Positions 34,925 to 48,665 of a stretch of DNA of 64,000 bases are shown piece after piece. Source of the DNA: Octopus bimaculoides (Eukaryota); NCBI RefSeq assembly GCF_001194135.2, contig NC_068982.1, forward strand, positions 122,912,007-122,976,006, written 5' to 3'. The position numbers were made by a program, and so were the translations under genes. How positions within the stretch are numbered: position 1 is the stretch's first letter; the number at the start of each line of letters is the position of its first letter. The notes under the pieces were generated by a model that made no database searches, had not been told where the DNA came from, and saw only the letters and a program-made list of their open reading frames with translations.

Positions 34925-37616
34925 CATTATAAGAAGGTAAAAAAAAAAGAAATGTATATATAGCATCATACAATATGCAGGAGAGAGATTGGAGACATCT
35001 ATAAAGGACATCATTTATTGATATCAAAATGTAGAAAAAGTTGGCAGGGCTGCATTGAAAAATTGCGACTGATCCATAATGCCAACCAGTTTTCGTCAGT
35101 AAATCAAAGAGCTAAACAGTCAGCATTACAAATCTGTTACTAGCTAAAGCTTGGAGTTGATGTGCATTAAGAAAGCAAAACAGAAATGAATGTTCTTTTC
35201 AATCAAAGAAGAATTATGGAGTGGTAGATTGCAGGTTACAATTATTATAGAAATAAATCAAAAATTTTTTAAGATAAAAAAAAAAGGGGGGAATCTTTTT
35301 ATAAATAAGACATCAAAAGGAAATCTGCCCAACTCATCATTTGGATATGGATTCTTTACTCTATCCCTATCCAACAGGCCCGCCCTCCCACCAAAGAAAG
35401 ATATGCAATTTAACCGTACAAAACATTGATATCTAAATGACAGAAAATGAGCATAAAGAAATTTTTTTTAGTAAATACAGAATGTTACTGTGTAGAAGGA
35501 TATAAAATAAAAGAGGACATGATGAATAATAAATAATATTTGTGTTTACATTTTAAACAAAAATGAAGCATGCAGATATGAAAGATAATAAAAATGTTAA
35601 TAAATAAATTAATGAAATCTATGAAATAGTTTCATCAAACTAAACCCCTACACAGTTACATTTTGATTCGTATTATTATAACTATCAATTTATACACAAA
35701 TCACAGTCATAGACACATACACACAGTTAGTTGTCTTTTAGGAGAAATAAAAACCAAACCAAATTGTTACATAATTGCACTAATCTCTGATTAACGTAAC
35801 TCTTAATAAATTAGCTTCATTTAAAATTGCTCAGAAGTATAAACTGAACATATACACTCTTGCATTATTATTGGTCCACTTGAAAAAAATACATGTTAAA
35901 CTAAAAATTCCTCTGAAATTTTAGAAAATACAAAATCCTTACATAATACCACTTTTATCATTTAAAAGACAAATAAACTGATAATTCTAGTATTCTATCA
36001 TGTACAAGTAATCTGAATGACATAATTTAAAAGACAGAGTGGATACTGCTTTGAAGGATCAACATAAACCTAACAGACAAATAAACCCAAATTTCCAAAG
36101 ATTAAGATAGTTACTTGGTCATTTAGTGCAACCTCAAATATTACTAATGTATTCAGATAAGTTTCCCAACATAATCGAGTTACTTGTCAGCTTAATCTGA
36201 GGCTACTTTATTTCTGGTAACTGCAGACAGTTTAATCCTTTTCGTCTCTTTGCGTGGTTTGTTTCGTCCTATCTTTGTAAAATTTTAACAAGATCAGTTT
36301 GAGGACACTCAGCCTTGAATTTTATCACACTGTTGATCGGCATGTTAATTACCACAAGACTATAATCGAAGTAGCAATAACATTTGTTTGCATTTGTTTT
36401 TACAAGAACCTTTTATTTTTTCTTACTTTAATAAACATGGTAATTTCTTTTGGAATTGACTCCCTTCCTTTTAATGTAAAAATGCAGAAACCATGTTGAG
36501 AGATTACAGTCTTTGTTATACAGTTAAGTTGTCAAGAAAATTGTGGCATAAACTCAGATATGAGTAACTGTTAGTCACAGTAAATATATTAAGCTGTATA
36601 TTTACAATATAAAAACCTTGGTTTTACAATTAGTTGAACAATAATGGTGGCATGCAGCCATAATTGCTGATTCTAATGCTGTAGATTTTCATACATTTAA
36701 AAACTATTCCCATCGTTGCAATTTTTACCAATAATAAACATCGCAACAATATCTTGCTAGGAAGTCAGTAATATTCTAATTCACCATTTCTTTTTCTATA
36801 TTAGCCGCCTTCAAAAAAGGTTTTGTTTCAGAGATAGTTTCAATAGGTATGGTTACTGATTCAATTGTCAAAATGTTATGTCAGAATATTTCCTGCCGCT
36901 AAGAAACCAAAATTCTTTTTGCACCATTGGTATAAAATCTATCTATATGTATAGATATCATGATTACATAGCAGATAGTAGAATAATGATGCTACTTAGC
37001 TGTAATTAGACAAGCTTTGATATATTGTAGGTTTTGAGGCATTTGAAACTGTCAATATTGTTGCAGAATTCATCAAGACATTGCAATAACACTACAGCAA
37101 CTTTGTTTTACTTTGACCCTATTTCTAACTTAAGGCAAAGGCTTTGTTAAAAATAGAGTTAATTCCTTTATTATTCAACTCACAATAACAACCACAGCAG
37201 TAAACCATCAGGTATTAAGAAACAGTAACCATACCCACTGCTAGAATCACTTTTAATAGGTATAGTAACTGATTCCATTGTATAGAGGTTATTTCACAAA
37301 ACATTTTGTATCTGTTGAAATAACATCAAATCTCTCTTTCCATTATCAGGTATTTTACATACATACACACATGTGAACATATATTTTGTTTTTGTATTTG
37401 GTTTGCAAGATTCTTGAACTCATGTATTAAAACAAATTTTGTATCTCAAGAGGGTCATTATGCCAATAATAAATACATACACACACTGGTTCTACTTCAT
37501 TTCTTTTATCATCAGTCAACTAATTAACTACTTGACTGTTTGATTGATTGATTGATCAACTAGTTAATCAGTCAATTAGTTAATTGGTTAACTAGTCTAA
37601 TAATAATAATTCTTTG

Positions 37617-38010
37617 TACTATAGGCACAAAGCCTGAAATTTGGAGGAGGGGATAAGTCGATTATATTGAACCTAGCACTCAACTGGTATTTACTTTATT
37701 GACCCCCAAAGGGATGAAAGGCAAAGTTGACCTCAGTGAAATTTGAACTCAGAATGTAAGGACAGATGAAATGCCACTAACCATTCTGCCCAGCATTCCT
37801 AACAATTCTGTCAGCATGCTGCCTTAAGTAACAATAACGGCTCCAAATTTTGGCACAAGGCCAGCAATTTGGAGGGGAGGGGTAGATGATTACATTAACC
37901 CCAATGATCAACTAGTACTTATTTTATTGACCCCGAGAGGATGACCTCAGCAGAATTTGAACTCAGAACATAAAGACAAATGAAACACCGCTAAGCATTT
38001 TGCCCGGCGT
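37617..38010 (-). mobile_element. Two tandem copies of the same 200-bp SINE family, reverse orientation
   Basis: GATGAAAGGCAAAGTTGACCTC...GGAATTTGAACTCAGAA motif occurs twice. Confidence 0.7.
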
Positions 38011-39743
38011 GCTATTAGAACCAGTACGTGTTTATTATTGGCAGAATAACCTTCCCAAGTTACAAATACATATACAAAATACACACACACAAAAAAAAAA
38101 TGCATACATATTAATAAAACTACTAAAAAAATATAGATGTTAACAAGTAGCACACTAAATTGAATTTAAAAGTAAATTGGGTATTAAAAAAAGTGAATTA
38201 AAAAGCAATCAGCAGCATATAATATTGAATATTTTATATGACACATTGTCATCACTTTTCTTTATTGTTACTATGGATGATGTTTGATGAAACACATTAA
38301 AAAAAATGTTATCTTCACACAAAAAAGAATTAAGATCTTAGCTTTGGATCAGTATAGGATCATATAAAAGTGAGAGAAAGAGAGAGAAACTTAGGAAATC
38401 TAATAAAAGCAAAGAGAAAGAGAGGCACAGGAGGTAAAAAATCAGAAATGAAAGAGGCACCAACAAAAAGAGAATAAGAACAAGCCATATGATCAGGCAA
38501 GTGAAAGACAGTGTATTGCTCACCACTACTCTGACATAACATTTCTGAAGAGACTGATCACAAAATTAGGAATTATTATTTGTAAAGTAGATTAGAACTA
38601 TATACTCCAGATTAGAGCAAATGAAATTTGGAAATAAAAAAGGAATGTAAAATATGGATTTTAAATGATTTTGTCAGTAGAATTTACTGCAAAGATATCT
38701 ACTGTACTTCATTAACACACATAAACATGCACATTCAGACATACATTAGTGAGAGCAATTGTAATCCATAACGTTATAAACCAATAGATCCTAATATGAG
38801 GTGCCAAGCCTTTTGCACAATGTAGTTTACCATCATCCAAGAAGAAAAAAAACTGACTATGTTAAAATATTTACAATCCTGATGACCACTTACATACTCC
38901 TTCAAATTCTCCTATCCTAGTTGAAAATTGCACCAAATAAAGAATGAAAAATGAAGTAAATGTTTGTGATATCAAACATTATATGCAAGCTATTTACTTC
39001 ATGTTTCCTGTATGAGTACAGCACATCCTGTAAGCACCAATCGTTAATATTTGTTGATGCATTTTAATTGTTAAATTATGAATTAAAAACAATAAAGTGA
39101 CAGTCAAGTCAAGAAAATTTTCTATCTTCTCTGAATAATTTTAACCATTTCTAAGACAGGCACAAAACCACATATTTGTAGGGAGGGATTAGTTGATTAA
39201 AATCAACCCCCAGTACTTCACTGGTACTTTATTTTATCAATCCCTGAAGGATGAAAGGCGAAGTTGACCTTTGTGGGATTTGAACTACAAACATAAAGAG
39301 CTGTAACTAAATATGCCTCTAGGTATTTTGTCCAATGCTCTAATGATTCTGTCAATCCCATTCATAAAAAAAAAATAAAACAAAACAAAAACAATAACAT
39401 TAAGGCAGGTTTCTTTCCAGGAATGAATATTCCATTATTCCATGTACTTGGTTATCTTGCATCTTGCAACAATAAAAACACTTTATCAAATTTCCAGTAG
39501 CAAACACTGTTTTAACATTTTCTTGAACAATCTTTTTTTATATATAAGATCTTCATTTCTTAACTCTTATTGAGTCCCTTTCTGCTTCCAGACTAGTTCT
39601 CAGGTCTTTTTTGTTTTTTCACTGTACCTATTTCTGTCTATGTTCTCAATGCAAGGATAATGAGAACATGTAAGAGAGAGATAGAAATTGACCCTTTTTT
39701 TTCTTTTTTTTCGTATTGATGTTGTGTTCATGAAATTAACATG

Positions 39744-39913
39744 TTAAGTCGAAGACACTCCTAATGCAGTTCGAGTATGTTCATATACTACATAGCTTAT
39801 GCTAACTGCTGGTGCCACTTTCATAAAATTTGGAGTAAGACCACGATAAAGTCCTCTGAAACCATCTTTCCTTAAAATGTCTTTGAACATGCTGGTCATT
39901 GTGTGAGAAGCTC
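39744..39913 (-). CDS. SCaMC: SCaMC terminal coding exon ([56 protein letters not shown])
   Basis: Acceptor TTTTCCTTGTTCAG|GA, phase 1, TAA at 39746-39744. Contains [22 protein letters not shown]. Missing from the ORF track (under 60 aa). Confidence 0.95.
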
Positions 39914-41299
39914 CTGAACAAGGAAAAAAAAAAAGTTCAAATTATATAATTATACAAACAAATACATTTTTTTAGAAACAACAAAAATAACTTCAAGGTT
40001 AGATGTGAAGAAAATAGTGTGAAGTAAATGAATTCCTAATATCTTACTGATACCATTCAAAGTACCAAATAACGTCAGTAGGATATTTTGGCTATCATTA
40101 GATTAGGTTTGGGATATCTTTCAGCCCATCCCAAATGGCCATGCTGATTTGGTACTGAATCCATTTAACATTGAATATGTTGGCCCTGAGATGTTCGGAC
40201 ATCAAGAAATTTTGTTTTGTTCTACATAAGAACATTTTAAGGAACATAGCTCACAATTGGCATAATAATCTTCTCTGCTTTTAATAATAATAATAATCTT
40301 TCAGTGTCTGTACTATCCCCTATACTCTCCTTACCGCCACCATCACTTCTATAACAAAACACCTGTGATTGTTTCTCAGCTATAAAACCACCTTCCTCTC
40401 TCTCGAATACACCCCTACTCAGTTGAGGGGATTTTATCTTTTTCATTGTCTTGAAAGTTACTGGTGGCCTCATTAGTGCCAGTGTGATGAAAAAGGCACC
40501 TACTACACACTGTAAAGTGGCTGGCATTAGGAAAGGCATCCAAATGCAGAAACTATGCTGACACTGAAACTTGACACAGTCCTACAGATTATCAAATCCT
40601 GTCAAACTGTCCAATCCATGATGCATTGGAAAACGAACATTAAATTACTATGATGATAAAGTCATCATATCAAGGGAGATAACTGCATTTTAGCAAATTC
40701 ATACCGTTTCTCCATACACATGGAGATTGGCCCAGTTTGTGTCAATCAGGTTCATTTTAAATACATTCTAATGTTTTGCTCTCTTCCTGTATATGTATAT
40801 TCTTAAATGTATGCATTCATGCCAAAACACTCATCATCCAAAACACACACACACACACACATAAAAAAAGAGCTAAAATAGCCTCAGCATCCAGCCAAAC
40901 ATGCCAGATATAGACTAGCATAAATTATGATAATGATTTCCAACATAGATAGGCACAAGGCCTGAAATTCTTCAGGAGTATAGTCAATACTTATTTAACT
41001 GCTCCCAAACTTGAATGTGAGGAATCTTAACTAAATAACATTTCACTATTTAGTATATTGCCCTAATAACAAATCGTTGACTGCATCTCCCAACAACATG
41101 AACGTAGTGTAGGCAGCATGCCAGATCTGTTCACCTATTGCTGGACAGCTCAAATGAAAAGTCAAGAAATTCCATCATCTGATGCAAAAACAGATCAACT
41201 ATGTGGGGAATTAAGGAAAATAAGAGCCTGAGCAATTTGGATACTGTTTGAATAGTCAAGAATGGATTTATGAGATAGATAATTTATATAAAATAATAC

Positions 41300-41447
41300 C
41301 ATGAGCCTGGAGTCTAGTTCGGACCAGAGCTAGAGGATAACTTGTTAGTTGGCCACAAGTGCTGCTTATTGTACCACAGGCCAATATCACAAAAATGCTT
41401 GGATCTTGTTTGCTTTTGCTTCTGGCAAGATACATTGACTTCAATGT
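41300..41447 (-). CDS. SCaMC: SCaMC exon (TLKSMYLARSKSKQDPSIFVILACGTISSTCGQLTSYPLALVRTRLQAH)
   Basis: TTTTTCAG|ACA ... CATG|GTATTA, 148 nt, phase 0-1. The degenerate third signature YPLALVRTR is typical of SCaMC/APC carriers. Confidence 0.95.
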
Positions 41448-42729
41448 CTGAAAAAGAGAAGAATGAAAAGTTGTAATGCTCATACCTTTCTTTAGGATAT
41501 TATTAATCTAAGTGGAGTACTTTGCTCAAGGATACAACATACAACTTGGTCCAGGAATCTAACCCATGACTATAGATGTGAACTCAAACACCCAAACCAC
41601 ATGTTTTCATTTCTCATTCTTCCGGATTACTCAGCTGAAAACAGCTGAGTGCTGGTGCCGCCTCCCCTCCGTCCATTGGACACATACTTTTTATTCCACT
41701 GGGTGAAGGATGCACATGATATCAATTATGACAGCATAGTACATGCTACCGTCATGCTTGTGAGTGATGGGTATTGTATGTGGAGTGAAATGGTTCTAGG
41801 TTGGAAACAGAACCATGCCAAAAACTTGACACAAAGATACAAATTTTAGGAAATGATATTTTAACAATGGAGAGATGAATGGCAAAGTAAACCTTGTGGT
41901 GTACAGTTTGAATTGAGAATGTTAAAAGCCATAATTTAAGAATGCAAGGTATTTTGTTTGACATTGTACTAGCCTTGGATTCTTACACCAGTACAAAGTT
42001 ACAGACATGTTGTTGTGTAATTCCAGGTCAGATCCAACTGAGTAGTCATGTCACAAACATAATTAGCCAAACAACTAGTCTTAACCACAGATCCATTCCA
42101 GTTATACCACGCTATCACTTAGCTGAAAACCATATTGCACACCATAACATGTAGTGATGAACTACATGGAGTGAAGTTAGATGGACATGTACTCTCACTG
42201 CCCAATCTATTTCTGTACACTTGTAGATTCTAGTGAAGAGATAGAGTCAGGGTGAGTGAAGTAAACAAGGTAAGAACATGACTGTGGCTGTTCTTGCTAA
42301 ATTTATCTGTTGCCTAGCTTCTCTTTGAGATAAGCCTTATCTACACCAATTCTGCTAAACCTCTCTTCACTTTATGACTGTCTACTTCACTGATCCACTA
42401 CCATGTCACCCTTGGTCTGACTGGGACTTTGCATCAGCCAGATTTAGTTTGTAGTCCTCAGTAGGTCATCCCATAAGAACTTCCAGTTGTCCTCTGTGTT
42501 ATATGTCTATCACTTTCAGTTCATTATATACTTCAATTAAGACATCTCTAAACCTCTAAGCTTCCATATTATTCTTCACTGGAGAAGGACTTTGCATTTA
42601 CAAACATTTATCTATCTTGTTTTCTGGTTAGAATACAGCCAATCTGGTTTGCATGCTCAATAAAACCAATTGATTTCTTCGTGAAAGAGAGTTCCAACAA
42701 AATGTAAATGAACATATGCTATTTCATTA

Positions 42730-43035
<306 letters not shown>

Positions 43036-44515
43036 TTAAGTGCTCAAGTCTTCACCTAAAGATATGATTTGAAATTATACCACAAACACAAAATTTTTTT
43101 TGAGACTTCAGATAATGCACATTATCTGTTGGAACTTACTACTGATCTTACTTTCTGTCATTAGCTTCAATTTGTCAACCTCACTATCCCATACAAATGA
43201 AATAAAGTAAATATAATTCACTTGGTCACTACTACTACTTCATTGTTCACCAACGTCATCATCATTCTCCTCATATGACCACTTTCCATGCTGTGCTGGA
43301 ACAGTATCCTGGCCAATGTCACAGTGTGCAGAATGTGTTTTATTGTAGCACCAGTATCAGAGGGGTTGTCATGTCCTTCACAAGACTAAAGGCTCTTCTC
43401 AACCCAACACTGTTTCTGCTCATTTCCTAATCATTTTACAAAGTGCACAGGGAGAATTTTATGGTGGCACTAACATTAATGAAGTTGCATTGTAACCCTA
43501 CAAAACAAAACAGTCCTACAATCTGTTCCTTCATGACAGCACAACCAACAGAGCAAATAGAAAAAAGAGTAATGAGAAAGAAGTGAAGACATGAGAGGGA
43601 AAACAAAGTGATTGTGGTGACAGTGTGGTAAAAGAGTGAAAAAGGATAGAGAGTACTAGGAGATGGAAGGGAGACAGTAATGGCAAGGTGTAATGAGAGA
43701 AGTGGCAGCACATGGTTTAGTGGTTAGGGTGTTGGACTCATGATCATAAGATTGTGGTTTTGATTCCTGGAGCAAAACACTTCGTTTCACATTACTCTAA
43801 TCTACTCAGCAGACAAAAATGAGTAATCCTGCGATGGATCGGTGTACTGTTCAGTGGGGAATATATATGCCATGGAAACCAGGAAACTGGCTCTATGAGT
43901 CTTAGCTGCTACATATTTGCTGGAGAGGGAGCAAATGATGGGTAGTTGTGGAAATAGTTGGTGCTAAGAGAGTAGGATGGATGCCAGTAATGAGTTACCC
44001 AGGTTATATGGAACAGTGGCTTGTAGTATAGAAGAGTAATGTTAGCTGATAAGAAACCACGTAAGTCAGGAATAATCAAGAAAGTGATGAATATCAATAA
44101 ATGAGTGACATGACAAAGAGATAGCAAGCAATACAAAAGGGTAAATGAAGAAGTGTATCAGATAGCAATAGACCCAATGCAACCTCAAATTATTCAGGTA
44201 TTGTGATAGAAAGAAGGGATATAGAGACACCGGCAGTAGGAGGAGGAAGAAAATTGAATATGAACAAATCCAGTGTTTTCCATCATTACAGATAGCAGTG
44301 AAAGATATAGAAAATAGAGGAGGAAAGCAATATAGAAATGAAAGGATATCAAATAAGCAAGGGCAGTAAGAGACTAACATGTGAGATTTTTTTTTTTTCT
44401 GTATGGAAATATATGTATGTAAGCATATATGCATGTAAGCATATATGCATGTATGAGTGCACATTATACACAAACAATGAATATAAAATGAAAAGAGCCC
44501 ACCCAATAAACTTAC

Positions 44516-44623
44516 TTCCATGGGGTAGATAATAGTTTGTGAGATAGCACCAGCTAATGACCCAGAAATAAATCTCTCTGCCATTCCAAGTTCATGTTTG
44601 TCTTTTTTGAAAAGGGATTTGAT
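44516..44623 (-). CDS. SCaMC: SCaMC exon ([36 protein letters not shown])
   Basis: TTACAG|ATC ... GAA|GTAAGT, 108 nt, phase 0-0. Confidence 0.95.
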
Positions 44624-47600
44624 CTGTAATTGAATATGGAAAAAGAAAAAGACATAATATGATTTGCAGATATACACAAATATAGATTCACAAACACACA
44701 AACAGAAAAAAAAAAGGCAAGATATAGTTGTTCTAGGAAACATTTGATTCATTTTCTTTCAATAATACTGTACATTAGGGATAACATTAAATTAAGAATA
44801 AAAGCCTTGAAACAAGATTTTTTTTTCAAAATCATAGAAAAACAAGAATAGAATCTGCAAGCTGACAAGGTAATGAAAGAACACTTCTTTCCATACAAAA
44901 ATTATTTAACCAATTTAATAACTTATGATAAGTAAGAAACAATTTTCCCAATGAACTAAATGAGAAAAAACACAATCAGTCTTTAACAATTCAAAATCTA
45001 GCAGTAAACTTTCAATAAAGACATTAGATCATATTGGTAGAAATACACTTCCTAGGAAATTTCTTAACATCCCAAACCCCCAACAAGTACTTCAACAATA
45101 ATTTTATAAATAACAATTGTCTGAAGAGAGTAAGAAGTTATAATTCTTATTTTGGGGAAAAAAAAACAACTTCAGTTGTATGCATGTATTATGGATATTT
45201 ACAATTTAATTTATTACTATGTTATTTCAGAGAAAGAATGAGTGCGTGCATATATTTTGCATTTTGGTCACATCATCTGAGTTTTCTTTGTCAATTATTA
45301 AAATGCTTTCTACCCATTATTCATTCATTAATAATGTTTTTAACATTTAGTGAATAAACCAAAACACAACACTATCTGTTTCAATATATGAGTGCAAATC
45401 AAATCACCTGCCAAACATACAAGAACTGAATACACTTGAGAAAATGACAGACATTAAGAAAACACTAAATGGAAAATTTGAAGACAAATTGTAACTCTTA
45501 GATACTTCTTTAACTAAAGGGAGTGGGGAGAAAAAAAATTTAACAATATATTGAGTTAATTACCTATTTTTAGTTAAATAGTATATGCTTATATAAAACT
45601 TGTCTAATGTAAATACATCTACATCTATTTGAAAGCCTTTACTTGTGGAGATCACAGATGCTGAGAAAATATCCTAGTGGTCTCTGAAGTAAACAGAAGA
45701 AGAACTGAGACTTGTCCTACATACTTATTTTGGAGATAATTATCCTCTCAGCAGAAAGGATGAACTCTTTATGTTTGGTAACTCAGAGAACTAGCAGTTT
45801 CATTAAGTACATAGTGGACACTAATAAACAATATACAAATTAGGAAAACCATCCTGTTAAGATACTGTTCTATACATCAATTTAAATAATTATTTCTCTG
45901 GGTAGCTACATCTTTTTGATAAGTCAATCCTCTCCAGAACAGTTATGTAAGAGGATTCCCAGTTATTTTTCTATTTACTTCAGAGAACAATAGAATGTTT
46001 TCACATCATCTATAACCTCTACAGTTAAAGGCTTTCAAATAAATAACTTCACACGTCAACATTAGATATGTTTCAGGTATCTACTTTCAATATATATATG
46101 AATAAAAAAAATCACGATTGAAATTATTTACATTTGAATACCAAACAAAGCCACAGATGACTACGTTGACATGGTACTGAATAAATGCTCAAGAGGTTGG
46201 ACATTCATATCTTGCCACAAGTGTCACGTTGCATCTATAGCCAAGGTTAACTCCCAACAGCCTAGTTCATCTGTGGTAATTAGCACTACAGTACTTCAAG
46301 GTTGTACAATTTACTACTGTAAGCAGCAATGTAATAAAACATTTGTTGGTTTGCAGCACTGAACTAAACTCCACTTTAGAAGCAGTAATTGATTACACTG
46401 GTCTCACATGTAGCCATGGGCTTTGACCAATAGGCATACAAGTGAAAATGGTTTCAAATTTGCTCTTTACCATAAAGACAAAATGTCAAAACTTGGGACA
46501 CCTTAATGACATAACAAAATATGTGTTGAAAGTAAAATAAATAAATATTTTTCTAAATCAAGAACAAAACAATAGAGGTACTAGTATTTTCTTGTATTAA
46601 GAAACATCAAAATTTTTTCAATGAATCCATAACAAATTCCTTTAATTTACGTGAATATATGCATTGAGTGTATCAACAGATAGCAGCAGCTATATTTGAT
46701 AATGTGCTACTACAGTTATTTAAAAAAACCTATTTCAACCACCCTTCTGAAGTGAAGTCAAAAAGTAAATAGAAAACAGCTAATATAGAACATATATTCT
46801 GTAAAATAAATAAGCTATATTTCTAGAGTATGATGCATAATTTCTAGTTATCATGTTCTTCACAGGAGTTATGAGAAATTTATATCATAATCCAGCTTTT
46901 ACAAATAAGAGTAACAGAAAAACATATGAGAAGAACCACTCAGATTTAAAAACAGAATATTATTAACATGAAAAAAATGACCTTCCATGTAAATGTGAAT
47001 AACATGAAACTATGATGGTTAATGATGGAGAAGATTAATTTAATGAATGAAATTTTAAAAATATAAAATATTTTCCTACATTTTCTTTACAGAAGCTTTT
47101 TACTTTTAATGTTTCTGTAGCATTTCAAATTAGGCCATTATCTCAGTTTAGAAGCATTACAAAAAAGATGATTACTGAATATTCCAATTAACTAAATAAT
47201 TAAGCTGTAGATTCCCAAAATGTATTAAATGCTCGCCAAACCAATGTATGTGTCAAAACGAATTCACAAGTTTGCTTAAAATTTGTCAATGTACAGTGAA
47301 AGCAAAGATCTTGCATATTAAAACCTTGTTAACACAGAAGTGTAATTTGGTTATCCAAACAATTAGTGAACAAAACCCCCGTCCAAAAATGATCAAAGTC
47401 TAAAACAAGAGAGCATCAATAACATCAGTCGATGGAGTATTTTGGACAAGTTAAACAGTGCAGAATGGAGTAATCTCCCTTGTCAAGTATGTCCTTAAAT
47501 TTTGATCAGCTAATCATTATGAAGTAGTATCACACATTTTTTAAAGAATTATTTTAAACACCTCTAGAAGGGCATTTTGTGCAAGTGTTTGGATAACTTC

Positions 47601-48622
47601 AGGTGATTGAATGTTTTTAACTCATATAACATACACAAGACCGTATCACATTTGTATTTAGTATGCAGAATGCTCCTAAGGTATATTACCCCCTGTCACA
47701 TTGTTGATAGCATATGTAATTAGTATGAAGAAAAAAAAACTAATCAGATTACGACAGATATATGATGAATTGAGATAAGGAGAAAAAAAATAAAGACAAA
47801 CAAAGCAAATTGAAAAACATAGCTTAAGGACTATATTTTAAAAGCAGACAACTAAAAAGAGTTAGTTGTCTGTGGCAACATTTTAAACACAAAATTCAAA
47901 AGCAAATATAGTCTATGCACTTATATACCTAAAAATCATGGGTGTTTTTATAGTGTCCATTTTTCCCTTAAATGATTGATAAAAAATACTGATGTATTTT
48001 GAATAGTAATGCAAACCAGACATGACTCACACGAAATAAACACTGAAGTGGATCATAATAACAGCATTTAATCAGAAGCAACAAGAGTTGATATTGGTTT
48101 GAACTATTGTCAATAAGGAAAGAATCATTCACAATAGTATATTCAAATATAAAATAGCAAGTTACTTAGTAGTCTAGAAAATATATTAAAAAAAAAAAAA
48201 GTTGAAACAAAACAACTAATTTAGCATGCCCTACATTTGAGACCAAAACACTCCTTACAGGGCGTACCTGTTCCTTGTAAGTAGCAGGATTTTGACTTAT
48301 AAGGAGTGCAGGTGATTTTGTCAGACCATCATCCATGATGCAGCAAGCAGGAAGCTTGTTTGTAGCCAATATTTCTGAAAAAGTTTACAACAGTGAAAGT
48401 TTCCAAGTCCTTTTTTGTTTAAAAAAAAAAAAAAAGCAAAAGCAATCCTTTGTATAAGTGACAACAGAAAAATAATTAGAAAAGTAAAAGAGAACAGTGA
48501 AGAATGGTAAACCAAGGCAACAGTAACCAGTAAATTAATAAGAACAGAAGTAGAAAAGTTGTTCAGATAATGTGGGGATATTTAGACTGCACTGCAAAAT
48601 CTTATAAAATAGGATATCTACA

Positions 48623-48665
<43 letters not shown>

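Noticed and set aside
44066-44752. 228-aa minus-strand ORF as a standalone gene
   Set aside because: Only 36 codons (44516-44623) are a SCaMC exon; the rest is F/I/L/C-rich intron read-through.
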